Positions 50,913 through 64,000 of a stretch of 64,000 nt of DNA are shown here, in pieces. Location: assembly GCF_009914755.1 (NCBI RefSeq), contig NC_060936.1. One strand, given 5' to 3'. Origin of the DNA: the human T2T-CHM13v2.0 reference genome, Homo sapiens. The notes beneath the pieces are model-generated. The model did no database searches and was not told the DNA's origin. It saw only the letters and a program-made list of their open reading frames with translations. Numbering within the stretch: position 1 is the first letter of the stretch; each line of letters opens with the position of its first letter. A program made the position numbers and the translations under genes.

Positions 50913-51863
50913 GTACATACCTATGTCAACACTACAGGTGTGCAAGAAGAGCGGAAAAACCGCACAAGTGTGCATGTTCCATTGGAGGCGAGGGTTTCTA
51001 ACGCTGAAAGCAGCACACCAAAAGAAGAACCAAGTAGTATTGAGGACAGGGATCCTCAGATTCTTCTTGAACCTGAAGGAGTCAAATTTGTTTTAGGGCC
51101 AACCCCTGTTCAAAAGCAGTTAATGGAAAAAGAGAAACTGGAGCAACTTGGAAGAGATCAAGTTAGTGGAAGTGGAGCAAATAACACAGAATGGGACACT
51201 GGCTATGACAGTGATGAACGAAGAGATGCACCCTCTGTTAACAAACTGGTGTATGAAAATATAAATGGGCTATCTATCCCTAGTGCCTCAGGGGTCAGGA
51301 GAGGTCGTCTGACATCCACCAGTACCTCAGATACCCAGAATATCAACAACTCAGCTCAGAGAAGAACTGCATTATTAAACTATGAAAATCTACCATCTTT
51401 GCCTCCTGTTTGGGAAGCCCGCAAGCTAAGTAGGGATGAAGATGACAATTTAGGACCAAAGACCCCATCTCTAAATGGCTACCATAATAATCTAGATCCA
51501 ATGCATAACTATGTAAATACAGAGAATGTAACAGTGCCAGCAAGTGCTCACAAAATAGAATATTCAAGGCGTCGGGACTGTACACCAACAGTCTTTAACT
51601 TTGATATCAGACGCCCAAGTTTAGAACACAGGCAGCTTAATTACATACAGGTTGACTTGGAAGGTGGCAGTGACTCTGACAACCCTCAGACTCCAAAAAC
51701 GCCTACAACTCCCCTTCCACAAACCCCTACCAGGCGCACAGAGCTGTATGCCGTGATAGACATCGAGAGAACTGCTGCTATGTCAAATTTGCAGAAAGCA
51801 CTGCCACGAGATGATGGTACATCTAGGAAAACTAGACACAATAGTACTGATCTGCCCATGTGA
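50913..51863 (+). CDS. FRS2: FRS2 last coding exon: GRB2 sites YVNT/YENI/YENL/YVNT, SHP2 sites YIQV/YAVI, PxTP ERK sites
   Basis: Exon lengths 66+187+159+164+951 = 1527 nt = 508 aa + stop; the first YVN falls at residue 196 as known for FRS2-alpha. Confidence 0.98.
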   Translation, partial: VHTYVNTTGVQEERKNRTSVHVPLEARVSNAESSTPKEEPSSIEDRDPQILLEPEGVKFVLGPTPVQKQLMEKEKLEQLGRDQVSGSGANNTEWDTGYDSDERRDAPSVNKLVYENINGLSIPSASGVRRGRLTSTSTSDTQNINNSAQRRTALLNYENLPSLPPVWEARKLSRDEDDNLGPKTPSLNGYHNNLDPMHNYVNTENVTVPASAHKIEYSRRRDCTPTVFNFDIRRPSLEHRQLNYIQVDLEGGSDSDNPQTPKTPTTPLPQTPTRRTELYAVIDIERTAAMSNLQKALPRDDGTSRKTRHNSTDLPM

Positions 51864-54800
51864 GCCTGGAAAGCATTGTGTTGTTTGCACCTTTGTGAAG
51901 TTTTTAAAAATGAAGATGCAAGTGCTTCATTTTCATTTCTAAACACTAACTCCTTTTATAGACTGATAAAATTTTTTTCTGAATATTTCATGTGCATCTT
52001 TAACTAAAGGGAATTAATGTAGAGCAGGTACTCCTTAAAGAACACTAATTTCATTATATACTACTCGTTGTACAGCAGCATTCCCGTTTTCACAGTGCCT
52101 ATTTAAAATGAGAGTTGAAGTAAATGACATGCTGGTTGATTTTTATCAATATTCTGGACTTAACGCATACCTTTCATGTCTAAGTCATGGTTGGCTTTTA
52201 AAACTTTTTATAAAGCCTCTTGACAATGTACATTGCTAACAGGTAACTATAGGCTTTGAAAGTAATGCTCGTAGATTCAGTGTTCACAGTATGTGGCCTC
52301 CAGCATGTAACATGAGGAATCCTTTATTTCATTAATTAATGGCTTTTTGACTTGAGCCAAAACATATGTAAAGGAAACAGAAGTACCGCACCTCCTCTTA
52401 CACCAGTCAGCTCCTTTGCCTTCAGTGTTACTAGAAAGCGGCCTGTGTCCATGAGTGTGCTTTGCTGTTGGTGCACTGAAAGGCAGGAAGGAGACAAGAT
52501 TTTCTATTTACTCATCTCATGATGTCATTTGAAGGGCATGTCCAGATATCTTAAAATTATAATAGGCTCAAGAATCAGTCTCAGGTCACTTTACCCAAAA
52601 ACATTTGAAAATCTGAACCACAATCTCCTGAAAGTTTTTCTCCTATAGATTGTTGACAACACATTGTTTTCTGGAGGCATTTGTGCCATTAGGTTTCCAT
52701 TTATCTTCAGTTTTTTTCTTTGGTGTTTGGGATGTCTTATTTTGTTGCCTTATGTCCTTTTCAATTTAAAATGTTTGAGTTTGTATATAGTTTTGAAATT
52801 GGATTATGTGTTCATTGTTGTTTAGTTTGCATTTTTGTCAAATTATGGTTTTGAAGGTTCATTTGGAACTTACTGTTAGTCTGTAACAGGGTTGCCCTTG
52901 TCCAGTATTTATTTATAAGCTGTTTACTTTTCAAGTTGATAAAAACATTCTCCAATTCTAAATTTGCTTGTGTCCATAGGTGATCTCTTTAGCAAACTGA
53001 GAAAAAAAGGAAGCTACTTTTAACATGCAAAGTTCCCTCAAGGTGTACCGTGTTGTCTCTGTGGGCACTCTTCCCCAGCACTTTAGCAGTAATTCCCCCA
53101 GCTACACGCTGCAGTTGTACTCTGCCCACTCTAGTGTTCCTCAGCTCTGCTGTCCTTTTACTTGTAGCTGGATCTTTGATTATCCTTCGATTTCCATGAA
53201 ATATTAATATTGTTGCCAGCATAGCAGGTACAGTGGAAGTCTTGTAGCAGTGAGATTGTATCATAATTTAGGATTTAAAATGAATTAAAGTTTATATAAA
53301 CTGAAGAGTCTCCATATGTCAAACTCTTGGAAAATCAAAGATGTTCCAATTTCCTAAACACTAGAGAATACGAGAGAAGGTAGAGTGGAAAAGGTTAGGT
53401 AACCTTGCAAAATATTTTACTATTTTCTCTAAATATGAGGAAGTTTGAGATTATGATCTGGATCTACCAGATATAACTAAGGTTAATTTAGCATGAAAAA
53501 GTTTTAGTCATATTGGCATCCAACCTATTCAGTAACCGAATCATAGGACAATGATGGATTAGGAGAACAATAGAGTGGGATCATTATAAAGAAAATAAAT
53601 TATTAAAGGTGTCTTTATCGTTTTAGTGCCATTTTTAGTGTCTTTACTATAAATCAATATCAGTGTATTTTATCATTCTATGTGCATAGCAGAATTTTCT
53701 TTTCTCCCTTTTGTTCCCCTGTGAACTTGGTGCTTATTAAAGTGCTCACTGTTCTCTTAAAAGAGAGCAGTGGTATAGGTGTGCAGTTTCCATGATGCAG
53801 GTTCCATTTTTAATATATTGTTCCACTTATCCTTTCTTCTGAGTAAATTGCTAATTGTGCCAAATTTATGTAATAGTTTTTGTAATGTGGAATAAGAATT
53901 ATGATGGAACCATTGCACATTTTTTTCTGAAACAGCCAGTCAAGGCAGAACATTAATCTCCAAATGCAAGGGCTGATCTATTTATTCATTTTGGAGGTTG
54001 GGTACTTTATTCTTTCTTTCCGTCATCCTTTTCATTGTTTCCCCCGGATTCTAATTAGTTTTTATTTTTTTTAGATAACTCCAATATAATCATTACAGTT
54101 TATGCTTTAAATACTATGTGCTTTAAAAAGGAAAATGGGACCAATTTGTCTGCTAAGAATTTGATTTTAGGTACTATAAGAGTATTAGGAAAATATATAC
54201 AACTGGTGTTAATTTCTAGATATTTTCTAGAAATCACTTGTGTTCCTATTTAATAAAAGGTAATTTAGAATACTACTTGTCCTTTGCAGTAGTTTAGTAA
54301 TGGGCATTAAGCTGTGTCCTCGAAGGATGTACCTATTACTAGGTGCATTTTAGAATGAAATATTGATATTTTATTAGCATATAATTGTGGCCATATATCT
54401 CAGATTTTCTGAGGCAGATCTAATTTTAGATAATTCTGTTGGTAGACCATGTGATCCTTCTTTTTGGTTTTGGAAATATAATCATTGTTAATGTTTTCCC
54501 TCCAAATAGAATACTGTTTTATCCATACAAATCATAACAGCATCTATCCCATGCTAGGGTTGGAAACTGATATTGGTATTACTTGTGTTTTTTCTTAGTG
54601 TGTTTTATTTCCCAGTTTCATCTTCTTCTAAAAATGAAAATATGGTGCCTTCCCTCCCTCCAGGAAGACTGGCAAATATTTCCTTTTATTTACTGCTGCT
54701 GTGGAGTGATGAGATATGCACTTTACTCTTTAAGATTCAGCAAAAAGCTTTTCACTTCTCAGTATATCCAGAATACATCATATCTGGGACTTAGGAAAAT

Positions 54801-56697
54801 TTGCCAAGCAATCTTTGTTTTTATAGATACTAATGTTGACCCTCTCCAGCGTTCAATGTTATAAATAGAACAAGTCAAGCTAGTGTTTATCTCCTCCCCC
54901 TCCCCAAAACTGTGGCACAGCATATAAAAATGTACCTCAATAATGTTCTATTAAAAATGGGACAGGGGCCTTATGTTTTCATAATTTCCCAACAATGTGC
55001 CGCCATATTTTTGCCTCAAGGTAAAGGTTTTAACAGATGAAAAAGTACTTCCCAATTCCCCCGTGCTATTCCTAACCTATAATGCCCAAATGTTTTGTGC
55101 AATGTGTAGTGTGTGTGTATAAATACATATATTCTTGAAATAGACATACCATCAGAGACATCATTCACAAGTAACTGATGTATTGGCATCTCATTCATAT
55201 TTCTGATGTGTGAGGTATATGGTACTAATTACCTTTTCCTTGATGTTTGCCAAATTTGAATAAAGGCATTGGTACGAAATTACAGAATGTAAAGAAAATG
55301 TTTTTGGCTTGAAAAATTAACATATTTTATGACGTACCACAGTATACTCTGCCCAAACCAGCACCCTATCTATCTTTCCTGTTCTTTACATCCCTGTTCC
55401 CCATCCCTACTTCCTCATTTTTGGTATAACACAGTTCTTTTGTAGCATCATTATAATTGCAGTTCTATGGCAATTGGACAGTTATAGCATGGAAACAGAC
55501 TGGTATAAGTAGTACAGTAGTCACCAGTGTGCCACATTTGCATTAGTAATGCAAAATATACATTTTATAAAGGACAAACTTTGTGTTATGTTTTATTTTC
55601 ATTACATTGTATAATATTGTAAGACTATTGTATGTCCTAATTTGCATTATAAATGTTTTTTTCCTACGTAAAGGCATAAATATAGCAACTTTGTATAAAG
55701 GTAGCTTATTAGATTTTTAATTTTTTCTTTTATAAAAAATTGTCCAACAGTGGGACTACCATTGCCAAATTGTATATGAAATATGAATTTTACCCCCATG
55801 GTTAATTTCTTTTATAAACATTCCATATTTCTCTAATAAAAAGACATAAGTGATACTGTACTATGCATACATTGTATCTTAATGCTGTTTCAGATCAGCA
55901 TTTTAAATTTTGGTTTGCATTTTTAATATTGGCAAAACGTAACCACTGTTAATTAAAATAAAACCTTGTTGTATATGTAACAACATAATTTTCCCTCTAT
56001 CCCTTCCCACCCTTTGTTCTCTATTTCTCCCTATCAGTGCCAACTTCATACATTTTGTAGCATGGCAATAAAATATAACTTTTACACTGAGGCCGAGTGT
56101 GGCTTTTTGGAGGAAGTGGGGATGGGACGATTGCCCTCTAGTTGTCCTTTGCATATGACTGTTTTTTGCCATATAAGCCATGTCATCAGGCATGAAAAGT
56201 TTTCTCATATATGATGTAAACTTGCTTTTAAGGACAAGTGTGAATGTGCTTTTTAAGCTTAATTTTTGTCATGACAACTAATTTTTTTTATCTTTGGAGA
56301 AGTCAGAGTTCTTTACAATCAAACGTTTATTAACTGGAGTACTTAGAATAAGCTAGTAATTGAATTTAGTTCAAGGGCTAAGCAACACATTTTTAAATCC
56401 TTATTTATTGTAGAGTATTAGTATACTGTCCTACAAATTATGTAAAATATGGTTTAATATTAGATGACTTTGGATTTTGCAATGCCTTACTGTTGTCATT
56501 CTAGCATAAATATCCATAATGAGGTACTCAAGTTGATACTGGAAGCTGAGCTGATCATACACTGACCTGAAGCATTCATGAAAAGCTGCTTTATTGAATA
56601 AAGTCTGATTGGAGTTCTTTTCATGCTCACTTTCCCCTTATTGCTGAAAGTAGATTGCAATAAAACCCCAATAAAACGTTTGGTCGGATATCTACTT
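51864..56697 (+). other. FRS2: FRS2 3'UTR (~4.8 kb, AU-rich, no Alu)
   Basis: Unique AU-rich sequence from the stop codon to clustered poly(A) signals; the end is approximate. Confidence 0.8.
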
Positions 56698-56725
56698 AAA
56701 AGTTTTATTGTATTTATATTTCACA
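56597..56725 (+). terminator. FRS2: FRS2 distal polyadenylation region
   Basis: AATAAA at 56597, 56659 and 56670, followed by U/GU-rich gttttattgtatttatatttt. Confidence 0.8.
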
Positions 56726-57399
56726 TACTACTTGAAACTTTGTGACATTTTCTTTCCTAGTCTCATATCACTGCCTCCATTTTCAAAATGAAGATATCAA
56801 AATGAAATTGTAACTATATGACAGGCTTTCTCACAGTTTTAGCTGTGTGATCATTCCAAATAGTAGTTCTCAGCTCTGGGACTTCAAACCTGTTTTTAGC
56901 CACTGAGTGACATTGCAAAGCCTTAGTTGAGTACAGGTCAAGATGGAAATTATTTAAACAATGAAGGAGATGGACATGTCCACAAGTGATTGATGTAACT
57001 GGCATGATAAAGACACACACAAAGGAAGGGCATCCAACTCAGCCTAGGGGTGGAGGTTTTCAAGCAAAGCTTCTTAGAGGGGGTGATCCCTGAGGTGGTT
57101 TGTTGAAAGTCTTTGTAGCTTAGAGAGGATGTCTTAGGGAGAAGGGATAGCATGTGCAAAGGCACAGAGGTATAGAAAGATCATGACATTCAGTGGTTGC
57201 AAGAGGTTCCAAATGACTAAGCGCATGGAGAGCAAAGGCAGGGTTGGGGGATACAGAAGAAAGGAGAAATGAGAAACAGATCACAGAATCCTAAGGAGCT
57301 TTTGTTTAAATTAGGTGAGAGAACTTGAAGGATTTTAAACACCAGAAAAATAATAGTTTAGAAAGATTTCTCTGACAACATGGATACGTGAAGGGCGCA

Positions 57400-57573
<174 letters not shown>

Positions 57574-57659
57574 TAATAAAGCAGGGAGACTGGTTGAGAG
57601 GCTTTTTCAGAAATGGAGCCAGATCTGATAAATCCGTATTCAAAGGCATTGTTAAAGGA

Positions 57660-58135
57660 CTGTTTAGATTGTTTACTGCTGTGCAACAAACCACCCTAAA
57701 AGTTAGTGGCTTAAAGCAGCAATCATTTAATGTCTCAAGTTGCTATAGATCGAGATGGGCAGGGCACAGCAGAGATGGCTCATCTCACATGATGTCTGGA
57801 GGCCTGGCTTCCTCATATGCTTTGTGCCTATGCTAGTATGATTCAAGCAGCTGAGGGCTGGCTGGACCAGTTCCACTAGGTTATGTCTGGAACTTAAAGC
57901 TCTCAGCTGTGTTCCTTAGTTTTCTTCCATGAAGTCTTGGGTCTTTCTTCATGTGGTCTTCTTACATGGCAGCTTAGGGTTCCCAAGAGCACAAAAGTAG
58001 ATGCTGCTAGGCTTTCTTGAGGCCTAAGCCCAGAACTGGCACAATGTCAATTCTGTTGTATTTTGTTGAATTACAGTGGCTCATATAAAAGCATGAACAT
58101 CAAAAGTGTAGTTTATTCAGGGCCACCAATGTAAT
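57660..58135. mobile_element. MLT1-type MaLR LTR
   Basis: aacaaaccaccctaaaagttagtggcttaaa...cccagaactggcacaatgtca. Confidence 0.65.
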
Positions 58136-58283
58136 AGAGGGCCTAAAGGAGGAAGAATTAACACCTCTGATTGATAAGGGGAATGACAGAAATGGAGGGG
58201 TCAAGGATGACCCCCAGTTATCTGGTTTGGGTGACTGAGATGGTTGATGGTGTCAGTTCATTGAGATTTAAGATATATTTGGG

Positions 58284-60092
<1,809 letters not shown>

Positions 60093-60676
60093 CTACAAAG
60101 CTAGTACGTAAAATGGTTGAAATTCAAACTCATATAGTCTGGGTCTAGAAGCTGAGTGTTTAGCCTCTAGGTGTAGAGGTGTCATCAAAGGAGGGGGAAG
60201 TAGGAAAGAAGGAAGGGTCAAAAGATGCAATGGAGAAAGGACACATTTCCAAGGGTCCCATCATAGAGTCTCTTCCTGGCTGCCTCTAGCCTCAGTTCCA
60301 CAAGGTGGCAGGGCCTGCCTCCTTCTCCCCATCCAAATGCCTCTGGCTACATTCAAAGCCCAGCAGGGAGCAGTCATTGGTTTCCCCATCACACACAGTC
60401 TCAGGCTTGCCTACCAGAGGACATAATAAATATCTCCAGGTATGTAATTTTGCCCACAATAAAAACAACCTTTTTCAATATTGTGCAGGCATCTTAGTTT
60501 TTTATTGTGAATCTTCTCATTCCAGAATGCGATTTGGGATCTGCCTAGGAAAGTACATTTCCTGAAAGAAGACCAAATTTTCCTACAAAGAAGAGAAAAC
60601 TCTTGGGAGATTTAAAATAACAATTTGTCCAGCCTGAACTCCCCTTTTCATGTTGGACCTGAGGAATACTGTAAAC

Positions 60677-60998
60677 CAGGGTCAGCAAACTTTTTCTGTA
60701 AAGAATTAGATAATACATGTTTTAGGTTTTGTGGGCCCATTCAACCTGTCATGACTACTCAACTCTGCCACATAACTCTGCTATCGTATTGTGACAGAGT
60801 AAATATGTATGGGTATGCCCATGGATTCCAATGAAGCTTTATGGACACTGAAATATTAATTTCACAGGATTTTCATGTGTCAGGAAATTTTTGATTTCTT
60901 TCAACCACTTAAAAATGTAAAAACTATTCTTAGCTCTCAGGCCATACAAAAAACAACTGGCAGGCTGGGTTTGACTCCTCACAGCTTGCCAACCCCTG
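60677..60998. mobile_element. MER58-type hAT MITE
   Basis: Termini cagggtcagcaaac...ttgccaacccctg. Confidence 0.75.
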
Positions 60999-61095
60999 GT
61001 GGAAATCAACCCACTTAGAGGAAATCTGAAGGGTAGAAACAACTAAAAAATTGAAAATTCCTGTTAATGTTAGCAATGTCAAAAATCCAGGAGAC

Positions 61096-61522
61096 CCCAG
61101 CTACTCAGGAGACCAAGGCAGGAAGATTGCTTGAGCCCAGGAGTTCCAGGCCAGCCTGGGCAACATAGAAGACCCCATCTCTAAAAAAAACAAAACAGAA
61201 AAAGAAAAATCCAGGAGCTTGTTTTGTTTTGTTTTTGTTTTGAGACAGAGTCTCGCTCTGTTGCCCAGGCTGGAGTGCAGCGGCGTGATCTCGGCTCACT
61301 GAAACCTCTGCCTCCCGGGTTCAAGCAATTATCCTGCCTCAGCCTCCTGAGTAGCTGGGATTACGGGCATGCACACCACGCCCGGCTAATTTTTGTATTT
61401 TCAGTAGAGACAGGGTTTCACCATGTTGGCCAGGCTGGTCTCCAACTCCTGACCTCAGGTGATCCGCCCACCTCGGCCTCCCAAAGTGCTGGGATTACAG
61501 GGGTGAGCCACCGCGCCCTGCC
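61096..61522. mobile_element. Alu monomer (+, 61096-61210) tail-to-tail with Alu (-, 61221-61522)
   Basis: TSDs AAAAATCCAGGAG and AGGAGCTT. Confidence 0.88.
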
Positions 61523-61638
61523 GAGGAGCTTAAGCGATCAGTTAGTCAAAGGGAGAAAAGAGGGTATCAGTAGATGACAGAAAAATTTTTTAGAGAACAA
61601 ATTTTTAGACATCCGTCAACTTAGAGAAAGTAGAAAAC

Positions 61639-61738
61639 TGTCTATAATAAACTGAAATATTTGGGACTGATCTTGATGTCTGCCAAGGTTTTGGCAGACA
61701 TCAAGATCAGTCCCAAATATTTCAGTTTATTATAAACA
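61639..61738. ncRNA. MIR3913: Palindromic miRNA locus MIR3913-1/MIR3913-2 (hairpin on both strands)
   Basis: Perfect 44-bp inverted repeat 61643-61686 / 61691-61734 with loop GGTT; contains TTTGGGACTGATCTTGATGTCT (61660-61681), which I recall as miR-3913-5p. Confidence 0.85.
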
Positions 61739-62179
61739 AAGACTAATAAGTCGTCTCTACTATTGGAGGAAAAAAAAAAAAAGACCGAAATGCAAAAATT
61801 CCTGAAAATGAGTAAATAGGGCAAAGATAAAATACTATAAATGTCTCTCTCAGTTCACAAGACCTTATCCTGGGCAGTCAACGTCCAGTTAGAAATAACG
61901 TCTGAAAATTCAGTAAGAGAAAAGGAAGTCTTCTTCTGTAATACTCAGTAAATAATGTTTAAAATTAACATAGCAATAATATTATCTGGGAATATGATAG
62001 TAAATAGCCCCTCCAAAAAACTGAAAAAGTTGAAAGCAGTTTTCCTGGAGACAGGAAGTGGTGAGGCAGATAAATTATGTTTTTCCTTATTGGTATATAA
62101 CACTTTAAACTGTGTACATGTGTGACTTTAATAGAAGTGTTTAAAGATTAAATTTAAGAAAATAAAAAGTGTGAGCAAG

Positions 62180-63000
62180 AACTCCATTTCTATGGCAACC
62201 CGCGCGGCAGCCGCCTCTTTGTTCTGGAGCGGCGGCCACGCCCCCTCCAGTGTGAAAGGCTGCGTTTCCGGCCCGTGGGGCTCCAATCAAAATGGGACGC
62301 CTGCTGGCGGTAACGACAGGCCGGGGCCCCGCCCCCCGAAGTAGGGCGTGTGGCGTCACTTCCGGCTTCCTTCAGTCCGCTGGTCCCGAGCACGAGCTGT
62401 GAGGGGATTCACTTGTGTGCGGAACTCCTCGGAACCATGGTGAGCCTGACTCCCCTGCCTCTTGCCCTACCCCTGCTCCGCCGTGCTCTTGCCACCCCAC
62501 TGCTTCCTCTGTCCTGCTAGGGTCGTAGGCTCCGTTTCTGTCTCCCCGGCCCTCCGCACATGGTGCGAGCCATGCGCGGGGCGTGCGGCCTGCGCCAGGC
62601 CAGCCGGTGGAGCTCACCACGAGGGGGAGGGGTGGACCGCAAAGCCAGCGTCTCCTTGTGCCTAGGTCTTTGCATAGTCCCGGCAGCCCAGGTCCGCGCC
62701 TCACCCGGAGCGAAGAAATTTCTAGTGTGGGACCCGCTCCGCCCTCCTTCTAGGGGCGGAGCCTGGAGCGACGGGGTCTGAGCCATCAGAGGGTGGAGGG
62801 GCCGCAGCCTTCCGAGGGTGGAAGATGGAGGCCGCGTTCCCTCGCCCGCCCGGCAGGCGTCACCTTGATGGCCTGCAACCCCTCCCTGCCTCATTCTTAG
62901 TTCAAGATCGTCTTTAGTCTCGCTGTACGTAACTGTCAATCTCGCTGGTGTATAATTTATACTCCCGGGGGCCTTGTAAATCCGAAAAGCCATGTCGCTC
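62180..63000 (+). promoter_or_regulatory. CCT2: CCT2 CpG-island promoter and first-intron region
   Basis: CpG-dense; CCAAT 62283, GC box 62327-62335, ETS/GABP CACTTCCGG 62357-62365, X-box-like 62186-62199; no TATA. Confidence 0.9.
62437..62439 (+). CDS. CCT2: CCT2 exon 1 coding part (ATG only; exon begins near 62360)
   Basis: accATG|gtgagc. Confidence 0.9.
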
Positions 63001-63183
63001 TCCTACAAGTCCCTCTCTCCCACTTAAATGCTTTCTCCGATGATGGAAGCTTCATTTGATTGAAAACATTGTTGTAAATGAGTTTTCTCTTAGATGTCCA
63101 CTTGTAAGACTAGTGGAAGGCACCTCAGTGTATGTGTTAGAGTATTGGTACTTAAACGGAATGCCTCTTGGTTTTCCTTTTCA

Positions 63184-63753
<570 letters not shown>

Positions 63754-64000
63754 TTATATTTTAATATTGTTTTAGAGCGCTTGGTGGAAATATAATAACA
63801 AGCGTATTAAAATGCTTTTTAATCTTTAAAACGTTTAATTATAAAAGACAAGTATGTTCTCCTTAGTAAAAATCAGAGTCCCCAGAATCACCATCCCCAA
63901 TCCCATGCCCCTCCCCAATGACAAGTACTGTTATCATTTGCACGTACATCTTCTAATATTCTGTTTATGTAGAAGTATGTGTACTTCATTATGTATTTTA

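Noticed and set aside
51861-51870. Stop-codon readthrough of FRS2
   Set aside because: Context is TGA-GCC, not the TGA-CTA(G) readthrough motif
51343-51946. Antisense ORFs over the FRS2 last exon
   Set aside because: Short shadows of the sense CDS with no independent signals
62710-62730. Heat-shock element in CCT2 intron 1 (GAAatTTC)
   Set aside because: Only two nGAAn units; too weak to call from sequence alone
62141-62993. ORFs across the CCT2 CpG island on both strands
   Set aside because: GC-rich stop-poor sequence; low-complexity translations

Overview
Human (primate) genomic DNA, recognisable as 12q15. The window holds the 3' part of FRS2 on the + strand: at least three small non-coding 5'UTR exons, five coding exons that splice to a 508-aa ORF (45939-51863) and a ~4.8 kb 3'UTR ending near 56.7 kb. 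A ~5.7 kb intergenic gap follows, containing a perfect 44-bp-arm palindrome (MIR3913 locus), then the CpG-island promoter and first three exons of CCT2. The rest is intron filled with about 40 Alus plus L1, L2, Tigger/MER and MLT remnants; almost all ORFs in the supplied track are repeat-derived noise. The most interesting observation is the FRS2 leader. It carries 11 upstream AUGs in about 260 nt, including two uORF ends encoding M-V-F-stop. One 95-nt exon would decide whether a Cys-rich uORF stops or fuses in frame to FRS2, which would mask the myristoylation site. Also notable are an atypical acceptor with an embedded AATAAA that could yield a PTB-only FRS2, the palindrome, and an L1 that may be a spliced insertion. 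Repeat family names and gene identities are from recall and were not searched; repeat boundaries are approximate.
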